Source of the DNA: Tubulanus polymorphus
Lineage: Eukaryota; Animalia; Nemertea
Reading direction: 5' to 3'
Length of the DNA: 64,000 nucleotides
Assembly: GCF_964204645.1 (NCBI RefSeq)
Contig: NC_134029.1
Location: forward strand, 22,810,950 to 22,874,949
The position numbers and the translations under genes are program-made. This document shows, piece after piece, positions 32,579 to 47,009 of this stretch. The stretch's first letter is position 1. Every line of letters starts with the position of its first letter. Below the pieces are notes generated by a model. It worked only from the letters and a program-made list of their open reading frames with translations. It ran no database searches and was not told the origin of the DNA.

Positions 32579-33006
32579 ATGAAGGTATGCAGTTATTCGC
32601 TTGTATTTCAAAATCACCAGCGTTGATATTTTGTTATTCCGAGGGCTGTAATTCGCACAAAACATCGAAGTTCTGCTCTTTTCAAACCCGATAGAAATAC
32701 TTAAGCGTAATACGTAAAAGTATCATTAGCATTAAGTATGGCGGCAAGAGCTGACCCAATCCCCGTAAAACAGGTCTCATGATCATTTTCTCGTATTCGC
32801 AGGTGTTGTGTATCGTTCTCGTCGCCATGTTGATGGTCGGAGCCCAGGCCGAAACATTCATTCAATGTATGAAGAAATGTTGGGATGACGGATACGAGTG
32901 CGGATCCAGCTGTACCACCGGAAACAAAGGTTCCGCTACTGTCATCACCTGCACAAAAACCTGTCAGGGAAATCTGTCTACTTGTTACAGCCAATGTAAA
33001 CATTAA
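32579..33006 (+). CDS. Secreted 8-Cys peptide B (18-aa signal + 51-aa mature), paralogue of peptide A
   Basis: ATGAAG|GT (32579-32584) splices to 32803-33006: MKVLCIVLVAMLMVGAQA-ETFIQCMKKCWDDGYECGSSCTTGNKGSATVITCTKTCQGNLSTCYSQCKH*. Same exon structure as gene A. Confidence 0.85.
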
Positions 33007-34410
33007 AACCAACGAGACAATGCATTAAAACTTGGTGAACTAAAAAATACGTTTGCTTAGTTGTTCATCTTTGTATATTGCAATTTTCAAAAAAAAAATC
33101 TCAAATGGAATTGGTTGAATTCAATAATGGCGTAAGACCATGGTGTTTATAAGGAAGCACCGGCCAAAATAGATTTGACCATTGATAGAGAACTGTTATG
33201 ATTTGACCACCACTATTCGGATGACGAGGATGGATTAAAGCATGGATTAAAGCATGGATTAACGCGCTCATTGAAGGAACCACTCGGCCAACCTATACCT
33301 CGATACGCGCCTTTAACGTAATGAAGTTTTAATGAGTAAAAATTGGATTGTGAAAACACGTTTTTATTAGTAGTTTTGATTTTAAAAGTTTCTCCAGTTG
33401 AAAACCTAGTGTAAGGAAATGAATTCAAAACAATTTTATTTAACTTATTCGGCCTTTTTAAAATCTAGAACACCCGCTAAGACTGAAATGATAATGTATT
33501 TCTGCAAATTAGTCACGGGTATTACCTACATGGCCGAATTAATTTGAATACACTGGAATACTTTGTTAAACGTGGGGCGTGAATTAGACTGGACGCTTCA
33601 TCGCGCGGAACCCCCACGGTCCGACTGAAATACGTGTCAACAATCATCGGGGAAAAGCCAAGAGTCTTCTTCGATAAGAGCGCAAAAATAACAACCCCAG
33701 CAATACTAACAAATCTGATTGTAATATTTCTCCAGAAAATCTCTCTTCGAGATCAGTTACACTGGACGATATAGGGTAGAAAAAATATGGTGTTTCGTAT
33801 ATTCAATTCTAACACAACGTGTACGATTTTTAGTGGAAAACTCGGATTAAAAAAAAATACTTTTCAACGTTTCGATGTTTTAACTTGTCAGCTTCGTGAT
33901 CTTATATTCACATTCGCCACGGATAGCGAAGTTTTACCTCGTCACATACGTAGGTAGTAGGTAGCATCAGATGGAAACGAATGAAAATATCATTAGTTTA
34001 TTTACGATACATATATATTTGGAGATTTATTTGCGGAAAGATTAAAACGTTTCCCCGCGGAAATCATGAACAACATAAGTGCGTCCGAAATGAACTTACA
34101 ATTCGTGTCTCAGTAAACTGAATGTCAATTTCACGGTTGGCACGTTTAACGCCTCGGGGTTGATTAAAATCGAAAAAGATAACAAATATTTCTCATACAA
34201 GACCACTGATTAATATCTCATACAGTTAACTGATGATAATTACACGTATTCATGTTGTCCGTCAAATAAAACCCCCAAAGCCTTAATAATATGGAATTAC
34301 CGTATTATTTTCTTTCATGCCTTTCTTTTTTCGAGCGAGGGGTGCCCCCGAAAATAATCTGTTCGCGATATCCGTACATATCTACCCGTCTATACCCTGG
34401 TGGACGGATT

Positions 34411-34412
<2 letters not shown>

Positions 34413-34498
<86 letters not shown>

Positions 34499-34536
34499 AC
34501 TATATATATATATATCCACTATATATATATATATAT
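34413..34536. repeat. (TA)n microsatellite, interrupted by two CCAC units
   Basis: About 120 bp of TA repeats ~500 bp upstream of the GABA receptor ATG. Confidence 0.95.
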
Positions 34537-35039
34537 CAAAGTGCTTCCATCAGTAATGCTGGCAATGGTAGGTTTACAATGTACGGAGGGAATTGAAGAG
34601 ATAATCTGTGAGCGGCCCGAGAGATGGAACTCAGCTCTTTCGTAGCGTGGTATCGATTCGGCATTATCATCGACTGCTTCAAGCCGCTACAACAGCAGCA
34701 GCGGTGGCAACGTTTTACGCTTTACCCGACACCACATCAGTACTGAAACGCGTATACGCCATGACGACTATGACGTCAAACGTAGCGCCGGCGCACTGGC
34801 GCTCTGTCCGTTATATCTGGCAGCATTCGAGCGCAGGATTTTAGACGGATAACTTAAGAATATCATGGATCTATGGAAATGCGTTTATTATACACAGAAA
34901 TCTGAAATAATTTCGAATCGATTCGTTAACCAACTGTTAAACAGCTCACAATCATCATCAGCTCCATCTGATATTATCGGTTGTATTATCATGTTCGGTA
35001 ATGATAGTTGATGCTGTATCGGGCTGTTAATAATGCAAC

Positions 35040-38000
35040 ATGGATTCCGTCACCAAGCTCTTCATCATCATTTCTACATTGACTGTGTCTTCACACGCTG
35101 CTACGAACCTGGAAGACTCGAGCAGCAGGTTGCAAAATGTATCTCTTATTATCAAAGCGCTACTGGACGACTACGATATTCGACTTCGGCCATCGTTCGG
35201 AGGTAAGAATGAATTACCCGCGATGACGTTTTACAGAATTATTTATCATTTCTCGCCTTCTAAATATTTTCTTATCCAACTCACCGTGGTTTATCTGAAG
35301 TGTTTCCTCTCGCTTATCATTACCAGATCTATGATGATATCTTTCCAGAAGTTGGAGTTAAACGTGTCAAAACGTCTTCTCTGCACTGTTATCAGAATTA
35401 CATTCATGGCTCTTTTTCTCTATTGAATAGATTCTAATCAACAAGTGAATAAAGCCAAAATAATTCTTTGCCCGGTCCAAACATGAACGAAAACTTGATG
35501 GCATATGCAAGCTTTCATCATCTACGCATTAAACCTTTTAGAAAATACGATCCCTCGAAGCGTTGATGTGATGTTGAGACAGGAAACCACTTAACTATCT
35601 AATCATCAGTAATTTGCCATAACCTCCGTCTACAAGAGAGGAAGTCATAACGAGCACCTCTCACTCGGGATCAGCTGATTCATCATACAGGTCCGTCACA
35701 ACGAGACACCAACACTAATTAATTCCTACCCACCAGCGATGCTAGTGTGACACTTCAAAAATATATTTTTTCAAATATTTTGGAATGCTCATCACCGAAT
35801 GTTCTAGTTTGATGGATACGCGCGTGTGTAGTGACATGGCATGTTTTCGCGGGCTCAAATTATAGACATTTTGCTTCGTAATTTTTCGAAGTTCTTTTGA
35901 AAAAAAATTCTGTTCGCAATAAATACTCGGTAATGATGTATCCCATGACGTAATAGATGGTAAAACGTACGTAATGGTTTTAATTTTAGAAGGAATCATG
36001 CCTATTTTTTCTTCAAATTTTTTCAAGATTCTGTTTTCATACGTTAAAGTATAAAGAATTTCAGTTGACGACAGTTGTAGCATTGAGGGAATTGTGTAAC
36101 CGCTTTCGCGTGGAGTGTACATCGATTGAAATGAGTGTCCATCCTGTTCACATGATTGTATAGACTGAGGGCGAGAGAGGGACGAGGACAATAGTTAAAC
36201 TTCATTACGTTAAACCATCATTGCATATCGAGATATCAGATCTTATTAGTGCAGTTATATGGGATACAAATCAATGGGGCGATAATCATAATTTCGACTG
36301 ACTGCCGCCGAAAGTATTCAACTCTTGTCAACGAATCTCATTCTAATTTATAAAAAAAACTGTCATAAAAAACACGTTATTCATTTTTGCCACTTGCTGC
36401 AAATCACCCTCCAGTTAATTGAACAAATAACTTTATTTAATAGTTACGTCTCAAGCTTAGTGTGAATTTTCTTTCATATCGAATTTGTTCCTATAGTACA
36501 TGTAGTAATCGTCGAATCGAGGCACAAAACAAAGTAAACATTATTTCCGAATTTAGAGCTAGGTTTATTTGTTAATGGTTAGTGTAGGCTAGTGCTGTTA
36601 TTTCGCGCCGACGAACAATACTTAATAAATTAGAACTGTAAATATACGAACAGCTCGCAATAACTGAGACGGTGCAGTGCGTCGCATATTTCAATACCAT
36701 TAAGTTAAATATTTTACGAGATTCGAACGAGTCGCATGAACAGACTCTACCGCATCGCCGCAATGAAATTGCCTTTAACGTAGATCGCAAACTTAGATTA
36801 ATTGAAATGTGAAATGGAATACATTAGTACAGAACGGAAGGAAAGTGCATTGCTTGTCACCGAGTCGAGTGGGGAAAAAAATTCACAGTATCGATCGATT
36901 TACTGACGACCGAGAGCTGCACTGTTCTCAGAATGTTCTCAATCTAACGATGTCATAAACGCCGAGTAATCCCGAGATGGGGTCTATGACTGGATTCTAG
37001 AATGAAGTCATCAGGTTCAACCTTGAGTTTATGCCGAACTTCACAAATTAAGGCCTGACCTGGACAAATTATCGGTACGACGAGCCGGTACTTTAACCTC
37101 GACGACTAATAAACGAATTAAACTCGGGGTCAATTATATATGTGGTCGGTATTTAGGGACATAGGTTCGGGGAAATCTGTATCTCAACATAGTACAAGCA
37201 TAAACAACATTCGTCAAAATTCATGTAACAGTAATTCTACTTTATTCACGCAACTATGAAAAAAAAAATCATTTTATTCTAAATTTTCTGTGAATTGATT
37301 TCTTCGTACGAAATCGAACACAAGGATTTGAAATGAGACGATTGACACCACAAGTGTTCGAATATGAAATAAATCTATAACATATGTTAGCTATAAAACG
37401 AACCGGTATATGCAAAGAATTTGTTCCGCGACGAACGATTTTATAGTTGTGAATGCCAAATCAGGGGTAAACTCCCGATTCTGTTACCGACACTTCATCA
37501 TGATCGACTCAGCACCAATCTTGCTTCCATCATCCGCTGGAACTGGCCGAGAGCCTTTCCACTGTCTACGGAATTTGCTCGGGCGAAAATTAAGTAAATA
37601 GCAACCACATTGAGCAAGCGCATCCTTCATGGTTCTGCTTACGTATATAATACATACGATTCTACTATGTTGCGATGAAACTAAACCAACTTTCGATCTA
37701 TCACCACTGACTCTCTCTCCAAATCCATAATTATCGGTTGTGGCTTGATGCGTTTGGATTTATTTCCGATTGGGAACAACAGCTGATATCGATGATTTCG
37801 TAATAGTTTATTTATTATGCGGCGCGTAAATTCATTGACGCAGTTTGAGACAAATTGTCGTTATCTCTTTACTTAATGTGTCACATTTGGTTACTATTAC
37901 ACGCAATCAATGTCTGGGACATCAGATACACAAGGTTACACCTTTATTCGGATCAAGAATTGATAATCAATGATGCGAAATTTGAATTGTTTCATCATGT

Positions 38001-41000
38001 ATCGGTGCTGAACGTTATTTCAATAATCACTCGAGGGTCTTAACCTCCATATCCTCAGGGAGAGCAAAGCTGATGAAAAAATTTCAAGAGAAAACAGTTT
38101 TCAAACGAAAGAAATCTAAGAGAAATTCATTTCCGTTCGTTCTTCATTCGGAAGACAATATGAAGTTGAAACGTTACACTTTCAATAAACTACCATACTA
38201 CGTGAATATTAGATTTGTCTATTTAGTCCTTCGCTATAATAACGGAAATCACTCAGAGCCCAAATCTGAGCGTCAAATTTTCAAAATATTTCTGTCGGAT
38301 GGCCTCCAGACCCCTTCAGTTCCAACCACGTTTAAGACGAACGCACCCGCATATTCCTCATGCTCAGAGCCTGGAAAGTTTACTTAATTTCTATGTTTAC
38401 TTATATACGTTTGGTTCGCCGTAATTGCATATATTTCGTTATAAGTTTATACGTAATATTCAGCATGGTGATCAAGGGCTATTATTTCATAAGCGAGAAT
38501 GAAGGCTTTCATCAGTCGGTATAATTAGGAATCTTGTCGTAATCGGCTCACTCCAATCCGAGTTGTGACTGACGAGCCAAGCGAATGTTTGAATTCCCAT
38601 GATTTTTCGTGTAAATATTTTTCGATCGTGTGTTGTGTTCGCAGTATGCGCCGAGGCCGTTATAGAATATGATTATCTCCGTATTGACGCTTTCTGTAAT
38701 TCGATTTGTCGCGCGGGAGGCTTAATCAAAGATCTAGCGCCTTAAACATCTGTATATAAACATTTATGTACGTAAACCCTGCGGCGTATAAATCGCTGAT
38801 ACGGTTCGCAATATAATCTCAAGGTTGACGTTCGACCGACATTTTTATTCATTGTTCCTCAGGTGCACATACAGGCTTGACATCTTCTACCGGTCAATCC
38901 TCGATTGTTTCTCGCTATATACAAACAAATATGTCAAATTTACTCGGAAAATACGTACGTGTATATGTAAATAACATGGGGTCCAGGGACACCATGCCCG
39001 CTTGGGATGTGGTTTCAAATGTTCAACGATCTAACAATTCAATATACAATGCCCCCTGGTGACCATAAACTGTAATTGATGACCTTGAAACTTACCACAA
39101 TCATCGAATTACTAAGTTATTGTACTATTCAACGCCCCCTGGTAACAAAATGATTTTTGGCATATATTTAAAGAGTCAAATCTTCACATATTCTGAAAGT
39201 TGGTTCTTGATTAGAAATCTTTGATTACGTGTCAATACTGTCAGATGTTAGTAATGGTCCGAGATGTGACTCGCGATATACAATGAAGTATAAATACCCC
39301 ATGCAGTTCCTATTAAGAGATTCGTGCTAGAAATGTGCTACGGATTAAAAATAGAAATACTTATGACTTTTATTTTTTCAGGTGATCCTTTATACATCAA
39401 TATGGATATAGTGATAGCAAGTTTTGATAGCATATCTGAAGTTAACATGGTAGGTGTGCAATGTGTTCCCAGTCATAAACAAACATCTTAGAAATGAAAC
39501 AATTCTCTTCTAAATCTCCGTGAGGATTTTCCTATATTTGGCGAATTTGAATTCAAAAATATTCAATCGTTTCTGTCAATGTATGAAGCCGCCTGACTAA
39601 TACATCAGTGTATAAATACGATATACTTATTTATTGATAATGTGTATATACATATATGTAGCGCGTCTGTTAAATATCGAAGTTGCAAGTACGAAAACAA
39701 GAGAATATTTGAGGGACCATACATCTGCCCACTTGGCTATTGATTCTAACGGCGCTACTGTCTGAATAACATTTACGCTTTCAGGATGTTACAACTACTG
39801 CGCTGATCAAAAGGAAATAATAAATGTTTAATTTCTTTGTCGCCTTTCGTTAGACTAACGCCTTCGGCTGGTCAAGATACGTATATCCCGAAATTATCCC
39901 TTACAACGACGAGAACCGCGAATGACACCGACCGAAAATGAAATATCGCCGATGCGTCAGATTCGCCATGTGTATCCACACCTTCTCGTTTCATGTTATG
40001 CGCGGTTTCACCAAATACATTCGATTCCTTCGGGGCTATTCTTGTCTCCATGGTGATAAGCAAAAAGCTATATCATTTGACGAGAGTTGATATGAAATAC
40101 ACCGATTGTTTTGAGAGTGTTTCTGCCAATTTTCCGGATTTGGTCTCATTAAATGTATTGCTATATACATGTGGACCTGGCAGCACTACAAACAGCAGCA
40201 GCTGAATCGGCGGGCCGCGAGCAGACTACACGCAAAATGATCGATGGAACTGAGATCCCGTTTAAGCCGCTTCTGTAGACAACAAAATCGTCGTATTTCT
40301 CAGAAAATACGGCATTTCCTTTTGTTCGCCACAATAATGAAATTAATAACAACCATCCCATATATGATGCAAATGTAGAAGGCGCTGAGTCAAGATGTCA
40401 ATCCGGTCTCCCTAAAAATAGCTTTCCGCGAAGTATGAATTGAATATCAAATCCTGATTGATAGCAATTTGTTTCTTTATTTCAGGATTATACAATAACG
40501 ATGTATTTGAACCAGTACTGGCGGGATGAACGACTCAGTTTTTCCACTGCCGACGAGTACATGACGTTAACCGGCGATTTTGCCGAGAAAATCTGGGTAC
40601 CTGATACGTTCTTCGCGAACGATAAAAACTCGTTTTTGCACGATGTTACCGAAAAAAATAAAATGGTTCGTTTATACGGCGATGGTAGTATCGTCTACGG
40701 CATGAGGTAAGGGTCGTGGTTCTTGTTAGAGATATATCAACGTTTGGTCAATACAATAGTCCAGGTCAGCTAGCAGGCGAGTGTCGGCGGTGTTCAAAAA
40801 AACAATCTAATATCAATTACTTCTACATTTGATTTTGTTTGGAAGATTAACCGAAGCGTTTCAACGAAATCGGAAGGGTTAGAATTTAAATGTCTATGAA
40901 TTGTTCACAGTTACTGTTGTTGTGAAAACTTATTCCAGGCCATTTACCTCGGTATTTAAGACATTAGTTCAGGTACCACGTATATAAAAAGCCTCCGTAA

Positions 41001-44000
41001 TCCGCATTAACGAAGCTCCAATGGTTTTTGTTTATGTACCCTTGTCCCTTTGCCGGATAAACGCGAATGTTATATTGCGAAGATCCTCTAGAATTTACCT
41101 TAAGAATTTACAGTGTTTGACCATTAGTTATCTTTATTGCCTTTGCCCGTGTCGTTTGAATGGACTTATCGCTCGATCTCCGTTTGACAAAATCGTGACA
41201 AATTATGACTAATTCATATATGGCAATAAAACTGCAATAATGCCATAAATGTTATAATAAAAACCGAAATGGATCATAAAGATTGTGCACTTTAAGTTAA
41301 CGTTTAACTATTTGGTAATCAGTTTAGATGTGTGATATGTGATATGTATATATTTTGATATGCGTGATAAAACTAAAACTAAAAGCAAATCCAAGGTTCT
41401 TCGTTGGAAAATTCTTCTCTTTGTGAAATAAGATGAATTCTAGACAAAAATGGCTAGCTAGGTTTTTTTGTGTGGGAGTCCTACAATTCTTTGTTACGTC
41501 ATCTATGCTTTCGCCACAACGTCTCGATGATAAGATGTTTTTTTATATTTCTATATACTTATCATTCGTCTAGGTTTCCTGTGGGATATTGGAAATTTGA
41601 TAGCGAGCATTTTGCTTCGATAAGACGTTAGTAATCTGAAATTCTCTTGTTTATCATGTAGGTTTACCACAACTCTAGCCTGTATGATGGATTTACATTA
41701 TTATCCACTAGACGTACAGGATTGCACTGTAGAAATAGAAAGTTGTAAGTATACACAAACAAATATTATCAAATCGCTATAAAGCACCAGAAAAGCGCCA
41801 TTTTTCCACATCATTTACATCATCTCTGTATAAAAAGTCTTAAGAATGAAAATATGCTTTGCAAACTGAATGACTACTTCGTAAATTATTCAGGCGTCAT
41901 CGAACATCAGTTTTTAAACGTTTCACCTGGTTTTGTAGTAGTTCACTGAACTAGAACGTTTCGGAAGCGAGCGAGCGAGAGAGCGAGAGATCAGGTGGAA
42001 TCGAGCTATCATTAGTGCAATGCTTAACACATGTTAAGAAGATATTTTTTTGTTCGCTAATGACTAATGAAAATATCGAAATGTTTTCTTAATTTTTTTT
42101 CACCACTCGCAGGGGTTTTGAATATGTCGTTTTCTTTTTAGACGGTTATCCGATGGAAGATGTGATAATGAACTGGACCAAACAGGAGGAATCAGTCCAA
42201 GGATTGAGCAAGATAGACTTGCCGCAGTTCAGCTTAGTAAACTACAAAACTACCGAAAAAATCGAGAACCTCACAACAGGTTCGTAACTAGATATTTTTC
42301 CAGAAAATGGGTATCTATGAAACATGATAGTTTGTGGTGCAGAAATGTCAGAAGAATTATTAGATATCAAAATGTTGTTGTTGGCGACATGTTTGCCGAC
42401 AACTCGTTGGGTATATTCTAAAGTGTTACCATGGACACGATGACCGAATCAATTTCTACCCAAATAGACGTCGAGCATCTATTTAACCTGATCAAGCTTT
42501 GGTCCATTCATCCTACAAATCGCTGTTCAATTGGTAATCCGGACACGATAATCGAGATAGAGATATTCGCGAAGGTCAATCAAGACGGAGCCGATGCATC
42601 TGACCGCATGCGAGCGTCCTCTAGTCAGTAAATTGACTTTGATAGATTTTCTCATACATAAAACATTTCCTCGCTATTGTATGAGTATATTCTGTATCAT
42701 GAAGGCGTTCTGTAAATTTGCCACCCAATTTGTCCAAAATAACGACTTAGGTTGTTTTTTGTAAATATGTCTTCCACTCGTACCTATCAATGCTAGCTCA
42801 CTTCAGCGACCACTCAACGACCACTCGTGAGGGTAAATTATCGTTCGGTTGGTCCAAATATTGCCAATATATTCCGCCGGGAATAATGATCAACGTGAAC
42901 CACGTCTGTTTGTGAATATTCAATATATGATCTACCTGGTCCTGCAGGCACGATACGCCGCTCTTCATTAGCCGATGTGCCTAAACCTTGAATATACCGT
43001 GAGCGAATTGTTTTATGCTTCGGCCGTCACGGTGGAGGAAAATAGATCCCAACTCGCATCAGATGCGGCACGATTTAGATGTTCATTTATCGCTTTGATG
43101 CGATCGGATCGAAGCGCGAGCAAATCACGTGGAAGTAACGCATAACTAATATGTTTGACCGCCGGGTGAAAGAATAGATAGAGTTCATATCCACAGAAAC
43201 ACGAAAACTAAACGAAATGAACGATGATATCAAACGAGAATAATTATATTCTGAAATAACTTACAGTTTTATAAGGCACGGGTATATATATATATATACA
43301 TAAACTGAATCAATCATAACTATAAAAGCTGTATACATAGAATGTGAATGCAATATCGATGTTATATGATTTTATATCGGTATGTTATTGCCCTCTATTC
43401 GCTATACGCAAAATATCGAACGACGAATAGATTGGTACCGTTTCCGGATAGCAAAAAAATGCATATAATTAAATAATGCCAGGTGCGTATGAGATGCTGT
43501 ATCAAGTACCATTCCGCAGACGTATTACATATATACTGAGTTCTAAACGAATTATTGCGCGGGTTTCTAATACGAGTATAGAACGTAATTAGAAGCGATG
43601 AAGATTTCGTGAACGGGGTGATGATAATTTGCTGCGGTTAATTAGCTATGTAAGGTTATCGAAAGGTGAACAATTTGGAAGTATGGAGGATTGTGATAAT
43701 GTTCGGCGGAGTTTGCTTATAGTTTCTACTTCATAACATCCATGAAAAAAAATGCAATTTCTCTGCTTTCCCCGGGGCATATAAAACGTACGGGATCTCT
43801 TGCCTTTTTGTATAATTTTCATGGTAATAATAGTACCCCTGGGCTTCGTAGGCTTTTAAATATGCCGTACAAAAATTCAACAACTCATTTCATTTTCATC
43901 TTCTAGGTTTATACCAGCGATTGTCACTGGTGTTCAAGCTCGAACGAAATATCGGATATTTCATATTTCAAACATACCTGCCTTCCATTTTGATAGTGAT

Positions 44001-45192
44001 GTTGTCATGGGTATCGTTTTGGATTAATCATGAGGCCACCTCTGCCCGAGTAGCTCTGGGTAAGTCTATACGTCTATATAACCATTTTGCACGCGGTAAA
44101 AAAAAAAAGATACGCGAAACTCACTAGAGTGTCGGTTTGATTGGATACGAGAACCGAGGAAAATAAAAAGCTGCGCATCTTGGGAATTGTGATGATGAGA
44201 TGAAGAACATTCACTTAACATTCTCCCTCGAGACGCGAACAGTAACTGAAGTAAATTAGATTTGTCAAAATTTGATTCTTCTTCTGGTTTATTTAGAATA
44301 GCACGCATGAGCTGGCTTCGTCTATTCCATGATTAACTTTTCGCTTGAATTTAAGAGATTACAATTCGTTGCACCAACGGCCCTCCCCTCTCGCGAAATT
44401 ATTGACTTAAATGTTGTTACATGACTATCATTAATGGCTATCTAATTACAGGGATAACTACCGTTCTAACGATGACTACTATTAGTACTGGAGTTCGGTC
44501 TTCGTTGCCAAGGATTTCATACGTAAAAGCCATTGACATTTATCTGGTTATGTGCTTTGTGTTTGTGTTCGTGGCATTACTGGAGTACGCCGCAGTGAAT
44601 TATACGTATTGGGGAGCTAGGGCGAAAAAGAAAGCGAAAAAAATCAAAAATGCTGAAAAATACAACGCGGCAAATACCGAGGAAAATGAGTATGCCGTAA
44701 GTGTAGCAGCTTCTGCTAATTAGAAACAAGTGCTCTTCCCATGAAACCCTCCTTGTCTATAGGAATAATGTATTTGATATTTCTGGTATTTGAATAGATC
44801 TTTTTATTGTTATCTTACAGAATGAAGCAATAGAGATGCAAGATATCCGAATGTCGCCGATACTTAGTCTACGAAACAAACAGAACTATAACTTCGACGA
44901 GAACTCCGTGCGAGTTACGCCTACGTATAGGATGCCGACGATGGTACCGCGGGCGTCGTACCCGGTGCGACCGGGACATTCGCAGCTTATAAAACGACGA
45001 AATCAGTCCAACTTTCAAAAACGTAAAAGAGTATTCTCTCAAATTAAACGCAGAGCGCAGGAAATCCGTAGAAAAATACCCGTAGTCAGGGACGTGAACA
45101 AAATCGACAAGTACAGTAGACTTGTCTTCCCTTCATTGTTTATATTGTTTAACATGTGCTATTGGTGTTTTTACTTGATTAAAGATAAGTAG
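35040..45192 (+). CDS. Lcch3: GABA-A receptor beta-like subunit (LCCH3 orthologue), Cys-loop ligand-gated ion channel, 8 exons
   Basis: Exons 35040-35202, 39382-39449, 40486-40706, 41662-41744, 42142-42279, 43907-44059, 44452-44696 and 44821-45192. Signal peptide; [11 protein letters not shown]; [12 protein letters not shown]; Cys loop [15 protein letters not shown]; EIESYGY; M1-M2 [41 protein letters not shown]; M4 [10 protein letters not shown]. Confidence 0.93.
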
Positions 45193-47009
45193 TAAGCGGA
45201 ATTGTGTAATAACGTAGGAAATGAAATGTTTATTGAAGCGGAAGAGCGCGTCTTGCCACGCGCGGTGGTACACTGTCGAGACAGCCGGAGTTGCTGCAGT
45301 ATCATTCTTCCAATAAATGCCGAAGAAATGACGACCTGATGATGTTTTGATAGTCGAACTGATACATCATCGATGAAAGAAGGTTTTTTGAATGAATGCG
45401 CTGTGATGGTTGTTGCAGGCTGAGTAAAAACATCTACGTATATTTTGTAAACGAGAAAATATTTCTAAAGTCTCTTGCAGTCATCGCGTCTACTGAAGCG
45501 TCTATTAACTTGTTGTAAATAAAACGTTCGAGAATACCTGGCACTTGCAATATGAGCACAAGAAATCCGCCCGGCGGGCACGGGACGAGTGGAGCATAGT
45601 TTTAAAAATGTCGTCCTGTTGTTCGGTGTTGTACGTGTCCGTTATTCGTAGTGTTTTCGTCGCCGAAACGATTCCGGTGAATTTTACAATTTCATTTTGC
45701 TGCCGAAAGTGTGAAATACTTACGATCGCACAACAAACAACACAATAATTCACACAAGTCATGGTAATTTGCCGGCGAAATTTTTATGCTGATCGTCTAT
45801 ATCATGAGAGATAGACATTATACAATGACAACGACTTCCGAACATCGATAACATCGTTTTAGCTGTAATATTCCGTCTAATCTGCATATCGAGGCCCTGA
45901 TTGGTTGTTTTCGGGAATATTTAAATTGATCCGAATTGATTGCGTGTAATAAACATAACATTTATTTAGTCGACATGAAAATATTCTGTATATAGTTACT
46001 ATACATAGATACTATACCGATATTTATTCATTCTTCCTTGTGACAAACACATTTTGTTAATTTTCATCTGCTGTTATGACGATATTATCATAGATTTTAT
46101 GAGGTTTTGATGATTAAACTGTGTATTTTAGCTATTGTGAATATATTCTAGTATATCGATTCGTTTTCTTTCTGTTGGTTGGATTTCGATCTTTTCTCGT
46201 GTATAAATAAATGTTATTATTATAAGGATTATTATTCATGAAGTTTTTTGATGAAAATCCTCCTCGAATCGTGTGTAAAAACAGTCGTGCGAAATAATTT
46301 ACTCGTTATTGATTAAATTAATTAATTATCTTATTATTGAAATAGAATATAACTTAAAGTTCTTTTGAATTAAAAGCTCGTCTAGTGTATTCATTTATCG
46401 ATGGGACGTTGTTTCGGTGCCGATCGAAGGAGAAACAAATCCATTCACAGGAACTGGTATGAATTCTGTGTTTTCGAGTTAACCACATGTGCCCATACCA
46501 GGTCCAAGTCTGCGGTCATCTGAAGCTTCGAGGAGCACGCATTTGTAGAAATCGGCGATGTTTGTGGTCTTTTTTTAAATCCTTGGCTGCATCTCACAAG
46601 TATCATATGTGGCAGATTTCTCTAATGCGCCATCTGAGGACTAAAATCTGAACTGATGAAATTATAATTTCTCTACTTCATCGCGAGTGTCTGGACTACT
46701 ACACCGCAAGAACAACTCAGAATTCACTCTAAGGATATTGTTATTATAACTGACGTGATAACATGTATATCTAGAAATTATTCAGACATATCGAGAAAGT
46801 ATTTGGACTTGGATCAATCTGATAAAAACGTCTGAAAGACAAATCGTGCGTTTCGTAGGCAACTGATTTGAGAACCGGAAGTAAAGACTAGACATAAATC
46901 TGAGTATATGTTGAAAAACAATGTCATCTTTAATAATAATCATAATAATAATAATAATATTCCGGTATCTATACATCACACACGCTGCCGCACTCCCTTG
47001 TCATAAAAA

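Noticed and set aside
32701-33012. 103-aa - strand ORF
   Set aside because: Antisense shadow of peptide gene B. The + strand has the signal peptide, splice sites and a paralogue.
34291-34645. ORFs with YIYIYI runs
   Set aside because: Translation artefacts of the (TA)n microsatellite.
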